Below, one piece after another: positions 31,514-43,509 of a stretch of DNA of 64,000 bases (positions within the stretch are counted from its first letter, which is position 1; each line of letters opens with the position of its first letter). This stretch comes from an uncultured Nitrososphaeraceae archaeon (GTDB taxonomy: Archaea > Thermoproteota > Nitrososphaeria > Nitrososphaerales > Nitrososphaeraceae), in contig CAVSMN010000011.1 of the NCBI GenBank assembly GCA_963729045.1, positions 140,390 through 204,389 on the forward strand. The letters are read 5' to 3'. The translations under genes were made by a program, and so were the position numbers. Under the pieces are notes generated by a model. That model saw only the letters and a list, made by a program, of their open reading frames with translations, was not told the DNA's origin and ran no database searches.

Positions 31514-31951
31514 CTACGCTCGTAGAGTACGTATAGATTGTTGAAGCTTGTACAATCCCACAACGGACAGTGCAATCACTACAATCTGCATAATTTTTGA
31601 AATCACGTCTAGTTTTCCTACATAGTATTCTACACCTACTATTGGTACACCTATTGTTCTTGATGCAATATACGTCAAAATCAAAGCTAATGAAACAACT
31701 ATAGCTGCTATGTATGGTGATTTTTTTATAAATCTGGTTTTAATTAACCATAAGATAATTCCAAAATAGATCAGACCCGAAGTAATGAATAGTGTAATTT
31801 CAACCTGTTTTTCAGTAGTTTCATCTTGAATACCAAAGTTTAGTAATTCTATCCAATCAGCATATTCACCATATGCAACAATGAAATAAACTATTCCTGT
31901 GGCTGCCATGAGACCACATAAAGCATAAACTATTATCAAATTTTTATTCAT
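31514..31951 (-). CDS. 4-TM membrane protein
   Basis: Four hydrophobic helices and a YIASRTIGVP motif; co-oriented with the dehydrogenase. Confidence 0.75.
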   Translation of the reverse strand: MNKNLIIVYALCGLMAATGIVYFIVAYGEYADWIELLNFGIQDETTEKQVEITLFITSGLIYFGIILWLIKTRFIKKSPYIAAIVVSLALILTYIASRTIGVPIVGVEYYVGKLDVISKIMQIVVIALSVVGLYKLQQSIRTLRA

Positions 31952-31998
31952 TTATATCACAAATAACTTTCTGTTAGTACCAAACAAAAAATATGAAT

Positions 31999-32370
31999 TT
32001 AGGCTAAACCTTTCTTTGCTTCTTCAGCATGTGTTAATGCTCCATTTGTGTCACCATCTTTTAGAGCTTTGAGAGAAGCCTCGATGTGTTTTTCAGCACC
32101 ACTTAGATTTGGTTTGTCTTCTAGGCTAAATTCAGCTTGCAATAATGATTTTTTTGCGCCCTCATTGTCACCGCTCTTTATCATTGAAATACTTGAGTCA
32201 ATTGATTTTATTATCTCGCCATTTGTACCATCAGTGGTACTCGTTTGATTTGTAGCGGTTGTGTTGGTTTGCCCGAAAGATGTAACGCTATTTGAAATTA
32301 GAAGTAACGGTACTATGGCTAGAACAGAAAATAAGACCGCTTTCCCATAATTTTGTGACATACTATTCAT
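31999..32370 (-). CDS. Small secreted helical protein
   Basis: Signal peptide, Thr/Asn linker and duplicated K.GD..GA helices. Confidence 0.7.
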   Translation of the reverse strand: MNSMSQNYGKAVLFSVLAIVPLLLISNSVTSFGQTNTTATNQTSTTDGTNGEIIKSIDSSISMIKSGDNEGAKKSLLQAEFSLEDKPNLSGAEKHIEASLKALKDGDTNGALTHAEEAKKGLA

Positions 32371-32466
32371 TTAGGAATAATTTTATTTCTAGAAATAATA
32401 AACTACTTATCATTCCCATCCTTTGAGAATGGTCAAGAAGTATAATTAGAAGTAGATGAACAAGTA

Positions 32467-32814
32467 TTAATTGTGTCTGAATCCCTGCCATAACCGAACT
32501 ATTTTATCTTGGTGCTCTTTATTTTTGATCTTGTAAGTAATTCTATTGTTTTTAAAGTTTATTTGAATCTCATCAATCCAAGATGTATAGAAGGATTCAT
32601 CGGTTCCATCCATTTTACGAATAATTTTTGTTTTTTTTATTATCTTTAGTTGTTCTAATTTGTTAACTTTTCTATATGTCGAAGAGACAGGTAAACCTAA
32701 GTTAGATGCTATTTGTTGAATGCTGTATTCTTTTCCATCAAGTAGTTTCAAAATAGTTAGACTGGTGTTATCGGTCAAAAAGGATAGGATATCTTCTGGT
32801 GATGGAGCGCTCAA
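32467..32814 (-). CDS. Winged-helix (ArsR-like) regulator
   Basis: SIQQIASNLGLPVSSTYRKVNKLEQ. Confidence 0.85.
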   Translation of the reverse strand: MSAPSPEDILSFLTDNTSLTILKLLDGKEYSIQQIASNLGLPVSSTYRKVNKLEQLKIIKKTKIIRKMDGTDESFYTSWIDEIQINFKNNRITYKIKNKEHQDKIVRLWQGFRHN

Positions 32815-33068
32815 CTCTTCAACACGGCAATTATTACTAATACAAACCCAAATATTTCTACTATTTCTTCAATCAGCTCCTTACTTTTTTCATCTGCAAA
32901 AGCTAATGAGTCGCCAATTATTGTATCTCCTATTGTTATTAGTAAGAAGCCTGCTGCAAGGTAGATCATTGGGACATATCTGCTCCTTTTATAAGCCCTA
33001 ATGGCAAAATAAACGAGTATGAACCCTAGTATTACATGAATCAATATAACTAGATTCATTATTTCCAT
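32811..33068 (-). CDS. Small 3-TM membrane protein (DUF7521-like) coupled to the wHTH gene
   Basis: LVYFAIRAYKRS...MIYLAAGFLLITIG...EIFGF; 4-nt overlap with the regulator. Confidence 0.75.
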   Translation of the reverse strand: MEIMNLVILIHVILGFILVYFAIRAYKRSRYVPMIYLAAGFLLITIGDTIIGDSLAFADEKSKELIEEIVEIFGFVLVIIAVLKS

Positions 33069-33999
33069 GGCTTTACTTGATAGATGGAAATGCGATTATG
33101 ATTTAAATGTTATATCTAAAAAATGGCCAGTCTTTCATTAAAGGGGTTATCACAAACATCCCTACAATGATCAGTAATGCCTACAATTTTATTGCTAGCG
33201 TAATTCCATGAAATTTTATTATCGATTTTGTAAGAAATTTCTCTCTTTCGTGTTACAATAGTAATGATATATTCGATGTCAATTTTATAATACTCTAGAG
33301 CCACTAGGATTGAGTCAAGTGTTGGAAATTGAAAATTATGATTTTTGCATCCAGAAAGGCACAATTTACTTCTCTGGATCCAAGCATCAAGCCTAAATGA
33401 TGCAAATAATTTTCCTTATTATTAGTATTAAGGATTATGTCATAAACGCCTTGTTTTCTATGTAGGAGTTAAGGGTAATACAGGGAATAGAGAATATATA
33501 GGTCTAAAAGATGGTGGCATTCAAATTGGTTTTGGATACGGGAACCTAAATGTCAATAGGAAACGAAGGAGTGTAATATTTGGTAAATAAGAAAGCCTAG
33601 TTAGATTTATCGATTGGACATCAATATCCATGTCATTTAGAAGTATTAATAGGATATTCGTTTATTTTGCAAGCTCATGCTTTTTCGATTGCTCTATCAG
33701 AAGTTTCGGTTCCATCATCTGTCACTATTATGATAGATATGATATTGTGTGTATTGTGATTGGGATTTAATAATAATATTTGTTCATAAATACCGATATT
33801 GAATGAGCAAACGTCTGATCCAATTGATTGATTTCATTACATGAAACATCCCTAATCTGGAAAGATGTTGTAATAAACTTTGATTAAAGGTTTTAAAGGA
33901 TATCTAAAAAAATCAGAGATTAAAAACATACTTATTTACTACCTTTATTCTGGATAAATCTATAAAATATTTAGAAACTTGTAAATCTTAAATCCAAGT

Positions 34000-34191
34000 A
34001 TGAAGTCAATAATGAAGATTGACTATTATTCGGTATTTGAAGCATACAAAGCTCAACGGTTACTTGAGCAGTTAGATGGTAAACCTAGAATCAGGGACCA
34101 TGTTTATGGGAAATTGCAATTTAATATTACCAGAGATGAGTACCATTACTTGAAGCTGCGCGGAATTGGCTTTATGATTTTAGAGCCCTAA
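34000..34191 (+). CDS. Small hypothetical protein
   Basis: 63-aa ATG ORF with natural composition in an AT-rich gap. Confidence 0.5.
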   Translation: MKSIMKIDYYSVFEAYKAQRLLEQLDGKPRIRDHVYGKLQFNITRDEYHYLKLRGIGFMILEP

Positions 34192-34539
34192 CGATGAATT
34201 TTTCAGCATTCCAGTAACGAAAAAGTGTTCGAAGCAAAAGGAAGATAAAATTAGTTGTCATTGAATAATAACCATAGATCCGATAAAGCAAATAAATCCA
34301 AAAGGACAAATTCCTATAAAATGCCCAATTCTTTCAGGATATATACAGTAGTCTTAGCTAGCAATATGCTAAATGAATAATTTTTGCAGTTTTCGTTGAA
34401 GAGGTCATGGAAATAGGTTCATTCAGCGTGATCTTAATTCTTTCTGAGCGAATGATATACAAGTGTTTTCGAAATTCCTATATTGATAAACATATATTCT
34501 TTTCAAACTACGGATGTAACAAATAGTATATGATATTTG

Positions 34540-35236
34540 TTATTCATTCAAACTTTTTCTATATATCCATGCAATCATTGCCGTACCCACAAATGTTGCA
34601 GTCCAGTATAACCACAGATCAGTCCATACTCCAGATAACAATGCGGGAGCTAATGAACGAGCAGGATTCATTGACGCTCCAGAAATAAAAGCAAAAAACA
34701 AGATATCTAATCCAACAATACCTCCAATTAGCTATGCCTCCAAATCCCTTCAAACCTTTTGTATAAACTACAGTCAATATTACCGCCATCAAAAGAGCTG
34801 ATGCCAAAACTTCGACTCCAAAAATTAATGGTAAAGGATATGAATAATTTGGCGCATTAGCTCCTAAGTTTGCCTCTTTGCCAATTATAATACTTACAAA
34901 AAGACTTGCTAGAAAAGCACCAAGAATCTCAGCTAAAATATACAGCCCGATTAGATTTCTTGTGATGTGCTTTGTTATCAAAAATCCAACTGATACTGCA
35001 GGATTAAAATGAGCCATGGAGATTTTTCCAAATAGATAAACCCCTATTACAACACCCACAAAAGGAGCAAATGCAATGAAGGGTAAGCCAAGAACTCCAT
35101 TTAGTTTAGCATCAATAACTACTGAACCAGTTGCTAAAACAACAACAATAAAAGTTCCCATGAGTTCTGCGATAAACTTTTTTTGATTAGCAGAAAGTTT
35201 GTCAACTACAGATTCGAAAGTAGATTCCTTTGACAT
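34540..35236 (-). CDS. MIP/aquaporin family channel in the ars operon (frameshift near 34729)
   Basis: AHFNPAV; the second motif GASMNPARS appears after removing one A and the frame ends at TAA 34540-34542. Confidence 0.88.
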
Positions 35237-35291
35237 GATTATTCAACTGTTACTTAGATATCACTTTAACTGAACTAAATATAGAGTCATT

Positions 35292-35744
35292 TTAAATTGG
35301 AATTTTATTGTCTTTGGTAGACTCAATTATTTCCAATACTCTTTTTTCAATTTCATCTCTTATTTGTCTCACTTTTTCTATTGGTTTGTCTTTTGGATCT
35401 TCAATACCCCAGTCTATAACTTTTGGTATAAATAATGCAGGACAGTATTTATCGTCCATACAACCCATATTGACTATAGTTGTTGCATTTCGCATCATAT
35501 CTTCTGTCAAATCTTTAGGCTTTTGATTGCTGATGTCTATTCCAACTTCTTTCATGACCTCTACTGCAATAGGATTAATCTGAGAAGTAGGAACTGTACC
35601 GGCACTAGTACTTTCACAGCCGTTAGGAGCATATTTTCTAAAGAAGCCTTCTGCCATCTGACTTCTTCCCGCATTTTGGACACATACAAAGAGGATAGTT
35701 TTTTTCGTATCATCAGAGGACTTTTTACCAAATGGAAATTTCAT
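35292..35744 (-). CDS. arsC: Arsenate reductase, LMW-PTP (thioredoxin-coupled) type
   Basis: FVCVQNAGRSQMAE P-loop, redox Cys pair MGC....CP and WGIEDP. Confidence 0.9.
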   Translation of the reverse strand: MKFPFGKKSSDDTKKTILFVCVQNAGRSQMAEGFFRKYAPNGCESTSAGTVPTSQINPIAVEVMKEVGIDISNQKPKDLTEDMMRNATTIVNMGCMDDKYCPALFIPKVIDWGIEDPKDKPIEKVRQIRDEIEKRVLEIIESTKDNKIPI

Positions 35745-35770
35745 CTAAATCACTTCTCTTGCTAACCGTC

Positions 35771-36577
35771 TTACTTTTTAACAGCCTTAATGGAGATACT
35801 AGTAATTTGTCTTTTTTCTTGATTTTCTTGGTCTTTGTCTTCATCTAATTCCATATATAGTTTCTCATCTAGTATCTCAATGTTGGTAAATCCAGCCTTT
35901 CTTATACTATCAATGTAGTTTTCTTTTGTTAAAGCACCATCAATACAACTGCACCAATTTTCCGTATTAACAGAATCTACATCTATTTCCTTAGATGTAA
36001 CCAGATCAGATATAACCATTCTTCCGCCCCCATTTGGTTTTAGAATTCGGTAAATCTCTTTGAATGTGTCTAGTTTGTTTGACGTCAGGTTGATAACACA
36101 ATTACTTATAACCACATCAACAGAGTCGTCTTCGACAGGTATTTTTTCTTCAATATCTCCTTGTCTAAATTCAACATTTTTGTATCCATGTTTTTCAGCA
36201 TTTTCTCTTGCTTTGTTGAGCATATTTTCTGTCATGTCAATTCCAATGACCTTTCCACTTTCTTTTACAATATTGGCGGCCAAAAATACATCAATACCTG
36301 CTCCAGAGCCCAAATCAACAACGATATTTCCTTCTTTTATGTCAGCAAATCTTGTGGGATTTCCACATCCTACTCCCAATATTGATGATTCGGGAATAGA
36401 CTTTAATTTGTCAGAATCATATCCAATTACTTTTGATGAAGTAAAAGGAGAAATAATAACATCTCTTGGACTACAACAATCAGAAGAAGGCATACAACAA
36501 GAATTAGAATTTCCGTCTAGTGCAATCTTTCCATATTGTTCTTTAATCTTTTCCTTTAATTGTAATTGTTTATCCAT
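35771..36577 (-). CDS. arsM: Arsenite S-adenosylmethionine methyltransferase
   Basis: N-terminal CC pairs, LGVGCGNP, VVDLGSGAGID, ISNCVINL and WCSCIDGA. Confidence 0.92.
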   Translation of the reverse strand: MDKQLQLKEKIKEQYGKIALDGNSNSCCMPSSDCCSPRDVIISPFTSSKVIGYDSDKLKSIPESSILGVGCGNPTRFADIKEGNIVVDLGSGAGIDVFLAANIVKESGKVIGIDMTENMLNKARENAEKHGYKNVEFRQGDIEEKIPVEDDSVDVVISNCVINLTSNKLDTFKEIYRILKPNGGGRMVISDLVTSKEIDVDSVNTENWCSCIDGALTKENYIDSIRKAGFTNIEILDEKLYMELDEDKDQENQEKRQITSISIKAVKK

Positions 36578-36634
36578 AGATATAGGTTTACAAAAGAAAC
36601 TATTTAAATTGGTAAGAGTAAAATGGTAAAGTAA

Positions 36635-37054
36635 GTGAAGTCAAGGAAACTAAAGGAAGACGTCATAAGAAAGACTTTGAAATCAAGTAAGCTGCCCATA
36701 CTCGAGGAAAATAATTCTTGTAATTTCTATGGTTATGATGTGGAAAATCTAATGAAAGAAACATCTGAATTAAGAAAGATAATTACTAAGAGAGGAACGC
36801 TAGAAATATTGATTCCCCTTTGCTGTTCTACTGACCCAGTCAGATACTTAACATTTAGAAAGTCAATGAAAGGTTTCAGCAGTAAGACTCTCACAATACG
36901 ATTAAAGGAATTAGAAAAAAGTGGTATTTTGAACAGACAATCCTTTAATGAGATTCCCCCACGAGTGGAATATAGGCTTATTCCTAAAGGTCAAGAACTT
37001 ACGGAATCAATCATTAACTTGTTACAATGGATGAGGAAATGGTCTGGTAAATGA
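36635..37054 (+). CDS. HxlR/DUF24-family winged-helix regulator, divergent from arsM
   Basis: SSKTLTIRLKELEKSGILNRQSFNEIPPRVEYRL..KG, with vicinal Cys in PLCCS. Confidence 0.88.
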   Translation: MKSRKLKEDVIRKTLKSSKLPILEENNSCNFYGYDVENLMKETSELRKIITKRGTLEILIPLCCSTDPVRYLTFRKSMKGFSSKTLTIRLKELEKSGILNRQSFNEIPPRVEYRLIPKGQELTESIINLLQWMRKWSGK

Positions 37055-37109
37055 CTATTTCATAGTTTACTACTCGGCAACATTAGGTGACAACTTTGAT
37101 AAGGCTAAA

Positions 37110-37420
37110 GTATATTTTGTATTAATTATTTTTCTTCTTTTGCGTGGTAGTGTAAGATAGGTGCAGCTTATCTGATATGGTTAAGGTTAAAAGAAAGCAA
37201 CAATTGGACATTTGGAACTTTTGGTAAATTTGCATTACTCATTTATGGAGTAGTCCCCACTTTCCAAGAACCTCACTTTTATAAGACATATGTAACGGAC
37301 AATAATGTACACTTTAAAACGACTTGTGTATCGGTTATAGTGTTTACATACTGTTGGTAATATGGAAAGCAATAATTACAAAGCAAGATAATCCATCTTC
37401 ATATGATTTATTATTGTCTT
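37110..37420 (+). pseudogene. YnfA/UPF0060 (SMR-like) remnant
   Basis: The frame from 37154 reads KIGAAYLIWLRLKE...GKFALLIYGVVPTFQEPHFYKTY, resembling YnfA (EIGGGYLVWLWLRE...YGVIPTLQ..FGRVY); both ends are disrupted. Confidence 0.6.
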
Positions 37421-37748
37421 ATATAATCCCAAATGATACTTTCAAACAATACTAGAAAAATTGGTATTTTAGGATTATTCTGGATAGTCTTTCCCATATT
37501 GATTCATTTTTAGAAGTCGAATAACGTGATTGTCAGATTTATCTTTTTTCACTAAATATTAAGAGTCAAATCTAGCAATAAGATAATATCCTAATTTGTA
37601 CGATCTCAAACTCAATTGTCTGCCATGACAACAATAATAAATTATCTTAATTACTGCCTATAGAATGGCCTTTAGATAATTACATGATTTTATATAATAA
37701 CGAATTCCTAAAAGCCAGTCTTTCAAGTTGATTGAATAATTTATTAGA

Positions 37749-39276
37749 ATGATAAATCTCATTAACTTGATGTTCAGAATCGAAACAAGGAAACTTTTAT
37801 CTGGTCTTGTTTACTCTTTTTCTTTATTTGGATTTGTTATTCTATTAATAAATAATATATCTCCGACTACTGAATCATATGGTGTTGGTTTAGTTGATGA
37901 GTTTTCTATTATTGATAATAACACTGCTACCAATTTAGTAGATTTATCTCTCGTAGATAACCATTTTACTGGAGAATATTATGACAAATTTCCCAATTCT
38001 ACAATTCAAGGTGAAGACCTTGGCGACAAATTTCAACCAGACAAGCTTTACACACTTATTGCAGAAAATATCAACATAGAGATAGCTCCAAACAAGAAAG
38101 TATTAGCATGGACGTTAAATGGAACTATGCCTGGTCCAACGATAAGAATGACCGAAGGCGAAAATATTACTGTAAAATTTGTGAATAAATCTCCTATACC
38201 TCATACTTTACACTTTCATGGTTATCATGATGAACCCAATGACGGGATAGCTCCCTATGATCATGCCCGGTCAAACTTATTTATATAATATTACAGGCAG
38301 CCCCGCTGGTGTTTTATTGTATTATTGTCATGTAGTACCAACATCACAACACATCAAAATGGGTATGTATGGTGCCTTGATAATAGATCCAAAAAATAAA
38401 ACAACTCTGCCGCAAGCCCAAGAGTTTGTGTTGGTAATGAGTGAGTTTAACATAAAAAATCCTCTAGCATTTTTAGCAGATTATTACTTGATTAATGGCT
38501 ATGCTGATCAGTATATGCATTTCCCTATTAAAGCAAATCAAAACGATACGATTAGACTTTATGTGATAAATGCAGGAGTCAATTTACCTTATTCGCTTCA
38601 TGTGCATGGAACAATTTTTAAAGCATACCCATCTGGTCTATTTGCAAATACTCCAATTGAATCTCAATCCGTATTAATAGGGCCAGGTGATGCATCCATA
38701 ATAGAGGCAAAGTGGAAGTATCCTGGTACATACTTATTTCATAGTCATGGTTTGCAACAAGAACAGGGTAGCAAAGGCATGATAGAAATATCTCCCATGG
38801 ATTTGAATGGAACTACATTACAGAAACCTCTAAATGAATCAGTTTCGTTATTTAACAATCAATATAAACTACAAACAGAACTTCAAAATCCAAAGACGTC
38901 TTTTATAACTGAAACTGATATCAATAAAACTCAAAATTATCAAGATTCCTTTAACATAGATAATATTTTGAAACGTAACTCAAACAATATCGTAAACGTG
39001 TCCATAATACTCAATGCAGGTCTTCCTAATAACGATAATTTTTACTCTCCCTCTACTATCAAAGTACACAAGGGTCAAGAGGTAAAATGGACTAATAATG
39101 ATAAACTCATTCACTCAGTAACATCTGGCGATCCATCAACAGGTAGTAATGGATTATTTGATTCGGGTGTAATGGCAAGTACTGAAGTTTTTTCTACCGT
39201 GTTCTTAGATAAAGGAGTATTTAATTACTATTGTATCTACCATCCATGGATGTCTGGAAAGGTAATAGTAGAATAA
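37749..39276 (+). CDS. Two-domain multicopper oxidase with an extra C-terminal cupredoxin (frameshift near 38257)
   Basis: HTLHFHG, YYCH...QHIKMGMYG (T1 site), SLHVHG and FHSHG; C-terminal HSVTSG...YYCIYHPWM. Confidence 0.88.
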
Positions 39277-39473
39277 TCATTTAAAGTTCAAAAATCAAGT
39301 GAATTAAATACTTGAAATGATTTTATCCAAATAAAATTATTTTATAATAATCATAATACCACTAATAGTTAATTTTTATTTGACAACAAAATAAATTAAT
39401 ATTTGATTTCATTTTAGGAGTTGAATATTCATGATAATATTTATGAAATACCATATACCACTGTGATAGGTAC

Positions 39474-41112
39474 ATGTTTCCAAAAGCTGATGATGTTTCG
39501 ATTTTAGAATGTGTGAAGGACAATGACATTGTAGCAATCTCAGGATTTAACATGGCTACTACTCCCGAATTTTTGATCAATGGACTTTATAAAAGATATC
39601 AAAGAGATGGTCATCCCAAAAATATATTTATAATATCGGACGCTTTGCCAGCAGTTCCAGGCAAAGCTTTAGACTATGTTGCAGAAAATTTATACAAAGA
39701 TCCCAATCAGGATTTCCTAAGAGGTTCTTTGATGCCTTTTTTAGGATTTTCTCCTTGGCTGCAGAAGCTAGTTATAGACAACAGGATTGAGTGTTATGGT
39801 TGGCCAATCGGAATCACGGCCTATTGGTTTAGAGAGATAGCCTCTGGAAGACCAGGACTATTAACTAAAATAGGTTTGAATACATTTTTAGATCCAAGAA
39901 ATGATGATGCCGCCCTTAATGAATTGGGCAAAAGTAATCTATCATGCAAGATTGAATTATTAAGTATTGACAACGAAGACTATCTTTTATATAAAGCACC
40001 AAAACCAAATTGTGCTATAATAAGAACTTCCATTGCTGATGAAATGGGTAATTTGTCAACGCAAGAGGAAGGAATCAGAGGAACTGTTCTTAGTATTGCC
40101 CAGGCTACCAAAGCAAGACCCAATCAAGGAAAAGTAATCTCACAAGTACGCTGGATAACAAAAGCAGGGACGATAAATCCCAGACATGTTGATGTACCTT
40201 TTCCACTTGTTGATCACATTGTAATTTCTCCAATAGAATACCACTGGCAAACAGGATCGATTCCATACGATCCAAGGCTATCCAATCAAATTGTTTCTCC
40301 TATGCATAATAATTTAGACTGCTAGTATTCCTCTAGAGCAACCAAAGGAATATGAAAGAGTAATTGCTAGAAGGGTGGCGCTTGAGTTCATTAATCTCTT
40401 TACCAAAAAACAGGCCCCTGTATTAGTGAATTTAGGAATTGGGATTCCTGCGTTAATTTCATCAGTTGCTGCCGAAGAAAACATTATGAATGTTATAATA
40501 ACAGTTATTGAATCTGGACCATGGGGAGGAGTTGCCTTATCAGGAAATGACTTTGGATTAGCCATGGGGGCATTTGCTCTCTCCACCATGCCAGACATGT
40601 TTTCTAACTTTGAGGGTGGAATCATTGATGCAGCATCTCTAGGTTTTTTACAAATTGATAGATTTGGAAATGTAAATCCCTCGATGCTTCCTAATCGATT
40701 ATTTGGAACCGGTGGATTCCCCGTTATTGCAGGAGGAGTATCCAAGATTTATTTTGCAGGATCATTTATGGGAGGAAAAAACATTATCGATGTAAAAGAA
40801 AACGGAATCAAAATACTACAAGATGGACCAATTACAAAGTTTGTTCAAGATGTTTATAAAATTTCGTTTCAGTTCATATCAAGCATCTAAATATGGACAA
40901 GAGATTATGTATGTTACAGAAAGAGCTGTATTCAAGCTCAGTGGGACCGAATTAGTTTTGGTAGAAACTGCACCGGGTAGTTGACATTGACAAAGATATT
41001 TTAGAGAAAATGGAATTTAAGCCACAAATGGCTCCAGAACATAAAAGAAATGGATAAAAGACTTTTCAGCAAATCAGCAATGAACATAAAAAGAGATTTA
41101 GAAATTTTCTAA
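39474..41112 (+). CDS. Acyl-CoA:acetate/propionate CoA-transferase, YdiF-type (several frameshifts)
   Basis: GRPGLLTKIGLNTFLDPR, VNLGIGIP, catalytic IESG, GTGGF, KFV..V..ISF; a downstream frame has YVTERAVFKL. Confidence 0.85.
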
Positions 41113-41193
41113 AAATATATTACTAATAAAGATGAACTAATCGTTTTTAGTCAATATAGCTAGTTAGATTATGGATAAACAATATTTTTTATA

Positions 41194-41713
41194 TCAAGGC
41201 ACGATTAAAACTGGACATGTAGAGATTTCCGTATATTTCTAGTAACGCTACCAAGTGCTTTATTTTTTGAAACCCCTCCTAAACCTACACTTCCTAGAAC
41301 AATAAGATCTACCTTTTCGTCCTTTACAAATTTGATAATACTGTATGCAACATAACGACTGGAATGACTTCCTTTGAGAATTTTTGTTACTTATACGCAC
41401 TCCAGAATTTCTCGTACTTTGTTTTGAGTTCTTCAAGATTCTTAATCCATTCTGATTCTATTATTTTATTAACTTGATTAGTATATTGATCCAATGAATA
41501 TTTTTAACATCTTTAGTTGGTTTGATCGGGGTCATAATTCCAGGCTGATGAATGTATAGTTGGTAACACATTCAGAATTATTAACTCGTGATTATTTTTA
41601 ACGTTATTCTTAGATGTATTTTCACTCACACCAAATCCGCTCAATAGGTTTATCGAATAATCTAATGCTTTGAGTGAATGTTCAGAACCGTCAACCAATG
41701 CTAAGAGTTTCAT
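41194..41713 (-). CDS. Universal stress protein (frameshifted)
   Basis: MKLLALVDGSEHSLKALDY; later frames give DLIVLGSVGLGG..K..ALGSV and CPVLIVP*. Confidence 0.78.
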
Positions 41714-41964
41714 ATGATATGAATTAAGATGCATGTTTATATCCTTGTTCTTAGAAGCTTCTTCGATACTACTTATCCAAATAATATTGAATTAAGAATA
41801 TCTTGGACTCGTGGTGAACTTAGTATGTACTTGTTTGGATGTTCGTTAACCTTTAGTAGAAATTTTATTATCGAAAATTATTCTGAAAATTAATATAATG
41901 AAAATTATTGTATGCACAATCCAAATTGTATTATATATAACCTAGAGAAGATATATGCATAATC

Positions 41965-42657
41965 TTGAAGTGGACGATAGAAGATTTTGTTTATGGCGCA
42001 ACTGATGGAGCTGTTACCACATTTGCAATAGTTGCAGGTGTAGTGGGAGCATCATTGTCTCCTTCCATTGTTATAATTTTAGGATTTGCAAACCTTTTTG
42101 CCGATGGGTTTGCAATGGCCGTGGGTAATTATTTATCCACAAGATCAAGAATAGAGTATATAGAAAGAGAGCGAAATAGACAAAATAAAGAAGTTCAAGA
42201 CCGACCTGAATACAAAATATCTGAAATAAAAAATATTTATGCAGAAAAGGGCTTTAAAGATGAATTATTAGAAAACCTGACCAAGATTATAGTTTCTAAT
42301 AGAAAGATTTGGGTGGATGTTCTGATGAAAGAGAAAATTGGGATGTCAAATGTAGACGACGAGAATCCAATATTCAAAGCAATTACGACATTTATTGCTT
42401 TCAATATGGTTGGTGTAATCCCACTTCTTCCTTTTATCTTTCTATTTGTCATAAACAACCCTGCAGGTTTTACCACTAATGATATTTTTATTTATTCGAT
42501 TATTTTTACAGCATTAGCTTTTTTTTGTATTGGCTTTATCACGGGAAGAGTTGTTAACAAATCCCCTATAAGATCGGGCCTTATCACATTAATAATAGGT
42601 GGCATTGCAGCACTCGTTTCCTATATGGTAGGAACCTTCTTAAGCTTGTACATATAA
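41965..42657 (+). CDS. VIT1/CCC1 family Fe/Mn transporter
   Basis: [15 protein letters not shown] and [17 protein letters not shown]. Confidence 0.9.
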   Translation: MKWTIEDFVYGATDGAVTTFAIVAGVVGASLSPSIVIILGFANLFADGFAMAVGNYLSTRSRIEYIERERNRQNKEVQDRPEYKISEIKNIYAEKGFKDELLENLTKIIVSNRKIWVDVLMKEKIGMSNVDDENPIFKAITTFIAFNMVGVIPLLPFIFLFVINNPAGFTTNDIFIYSIIFTALAFFCIGFITGRVVNKSPIRSGLITLIIGGIAALVSYMVGTFLSLYI

Positions 42658-42870
42658 TAACCAGCAAATATTTGTACAAAAATAGCAATTAAGATACATT
42701 CAAGCGGTTTCTCATCCGGATTAAACAGAATAATACGCTTATTTCAAGTAATTATTTTTATCTTTTTATTTGTCTATCTCTCAAAAACAATCAGTAACTT
42801 TTGTTTTGTTAAGTAAAAGAGGATCTACGAACCGACTGGTAGATTTTTCAGTATATAATTATCCTCTTCT

Positions 42871-43385
42871 TTAATGTACTACTAATACAGGACGATTTGA
42901 TATTTCTATCAGATTTCTTGATACACTGCCAAGGGCCTTTATTTTTGAAATACCTCCTAATCCAACATTCCCTACAACTATAAGATCTATTTGTTCTTCT
43001 GTTGAGAATTTTATGATGCTCTCAGCAATTGCCCTACTAGAATGACTTCCTTTAAGCACCTTAGTTCTTATTGAAATATCTGATTCTGCATATCTAGCCT
43101 TGATCTTTGATAATTTATTTATCCATTCAGTCTCCATCATCTGATTCATTTCTTCGATGAATTGAGACAAAGAAACAACCTGATTAGTTTTAATAGATTT
43201 CATAGGTTTTTCAAATCCTAGCGGCATATGAAAATGAGGAAGTACATTTATCAGTATCAGTTCACCACCATACGCTTATTTTTTGATTGATCGGCATTAG
43301 GATTTGTAAGTTTGAGTAGATAAATTGCATATTCCAAAGCCTTTATGGAGGGATCCGATCCATCGATAGGAACTAAGATTTTCAT
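42871..43385 (-). CDS. Universal stress protein (frameshift near 43265)
   Basis: MKILVPIDGSDPSIKALEYA from ATG 43385; DLIVVGNVGLGG...LGSVSR...PVLVVH. Confidence 0.85.
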
Positions 43386-43509
43386 CAAGTCAAATTACTT
43401 ATCATATGGTATATCTTTGTTGATAGATATCGATGTTTAGTCTATAACCTCCAATTAGTTGCGTCAAATTAATTGGCTCAATAACCATCTCATATGATAA
43501 ATATTTGAA

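Noticed and set aside
33116..33364. 82-aa minus-strand ORF
   Set aside because: Non-ATG start, no motif, AT-rich spacer; probably spurious.
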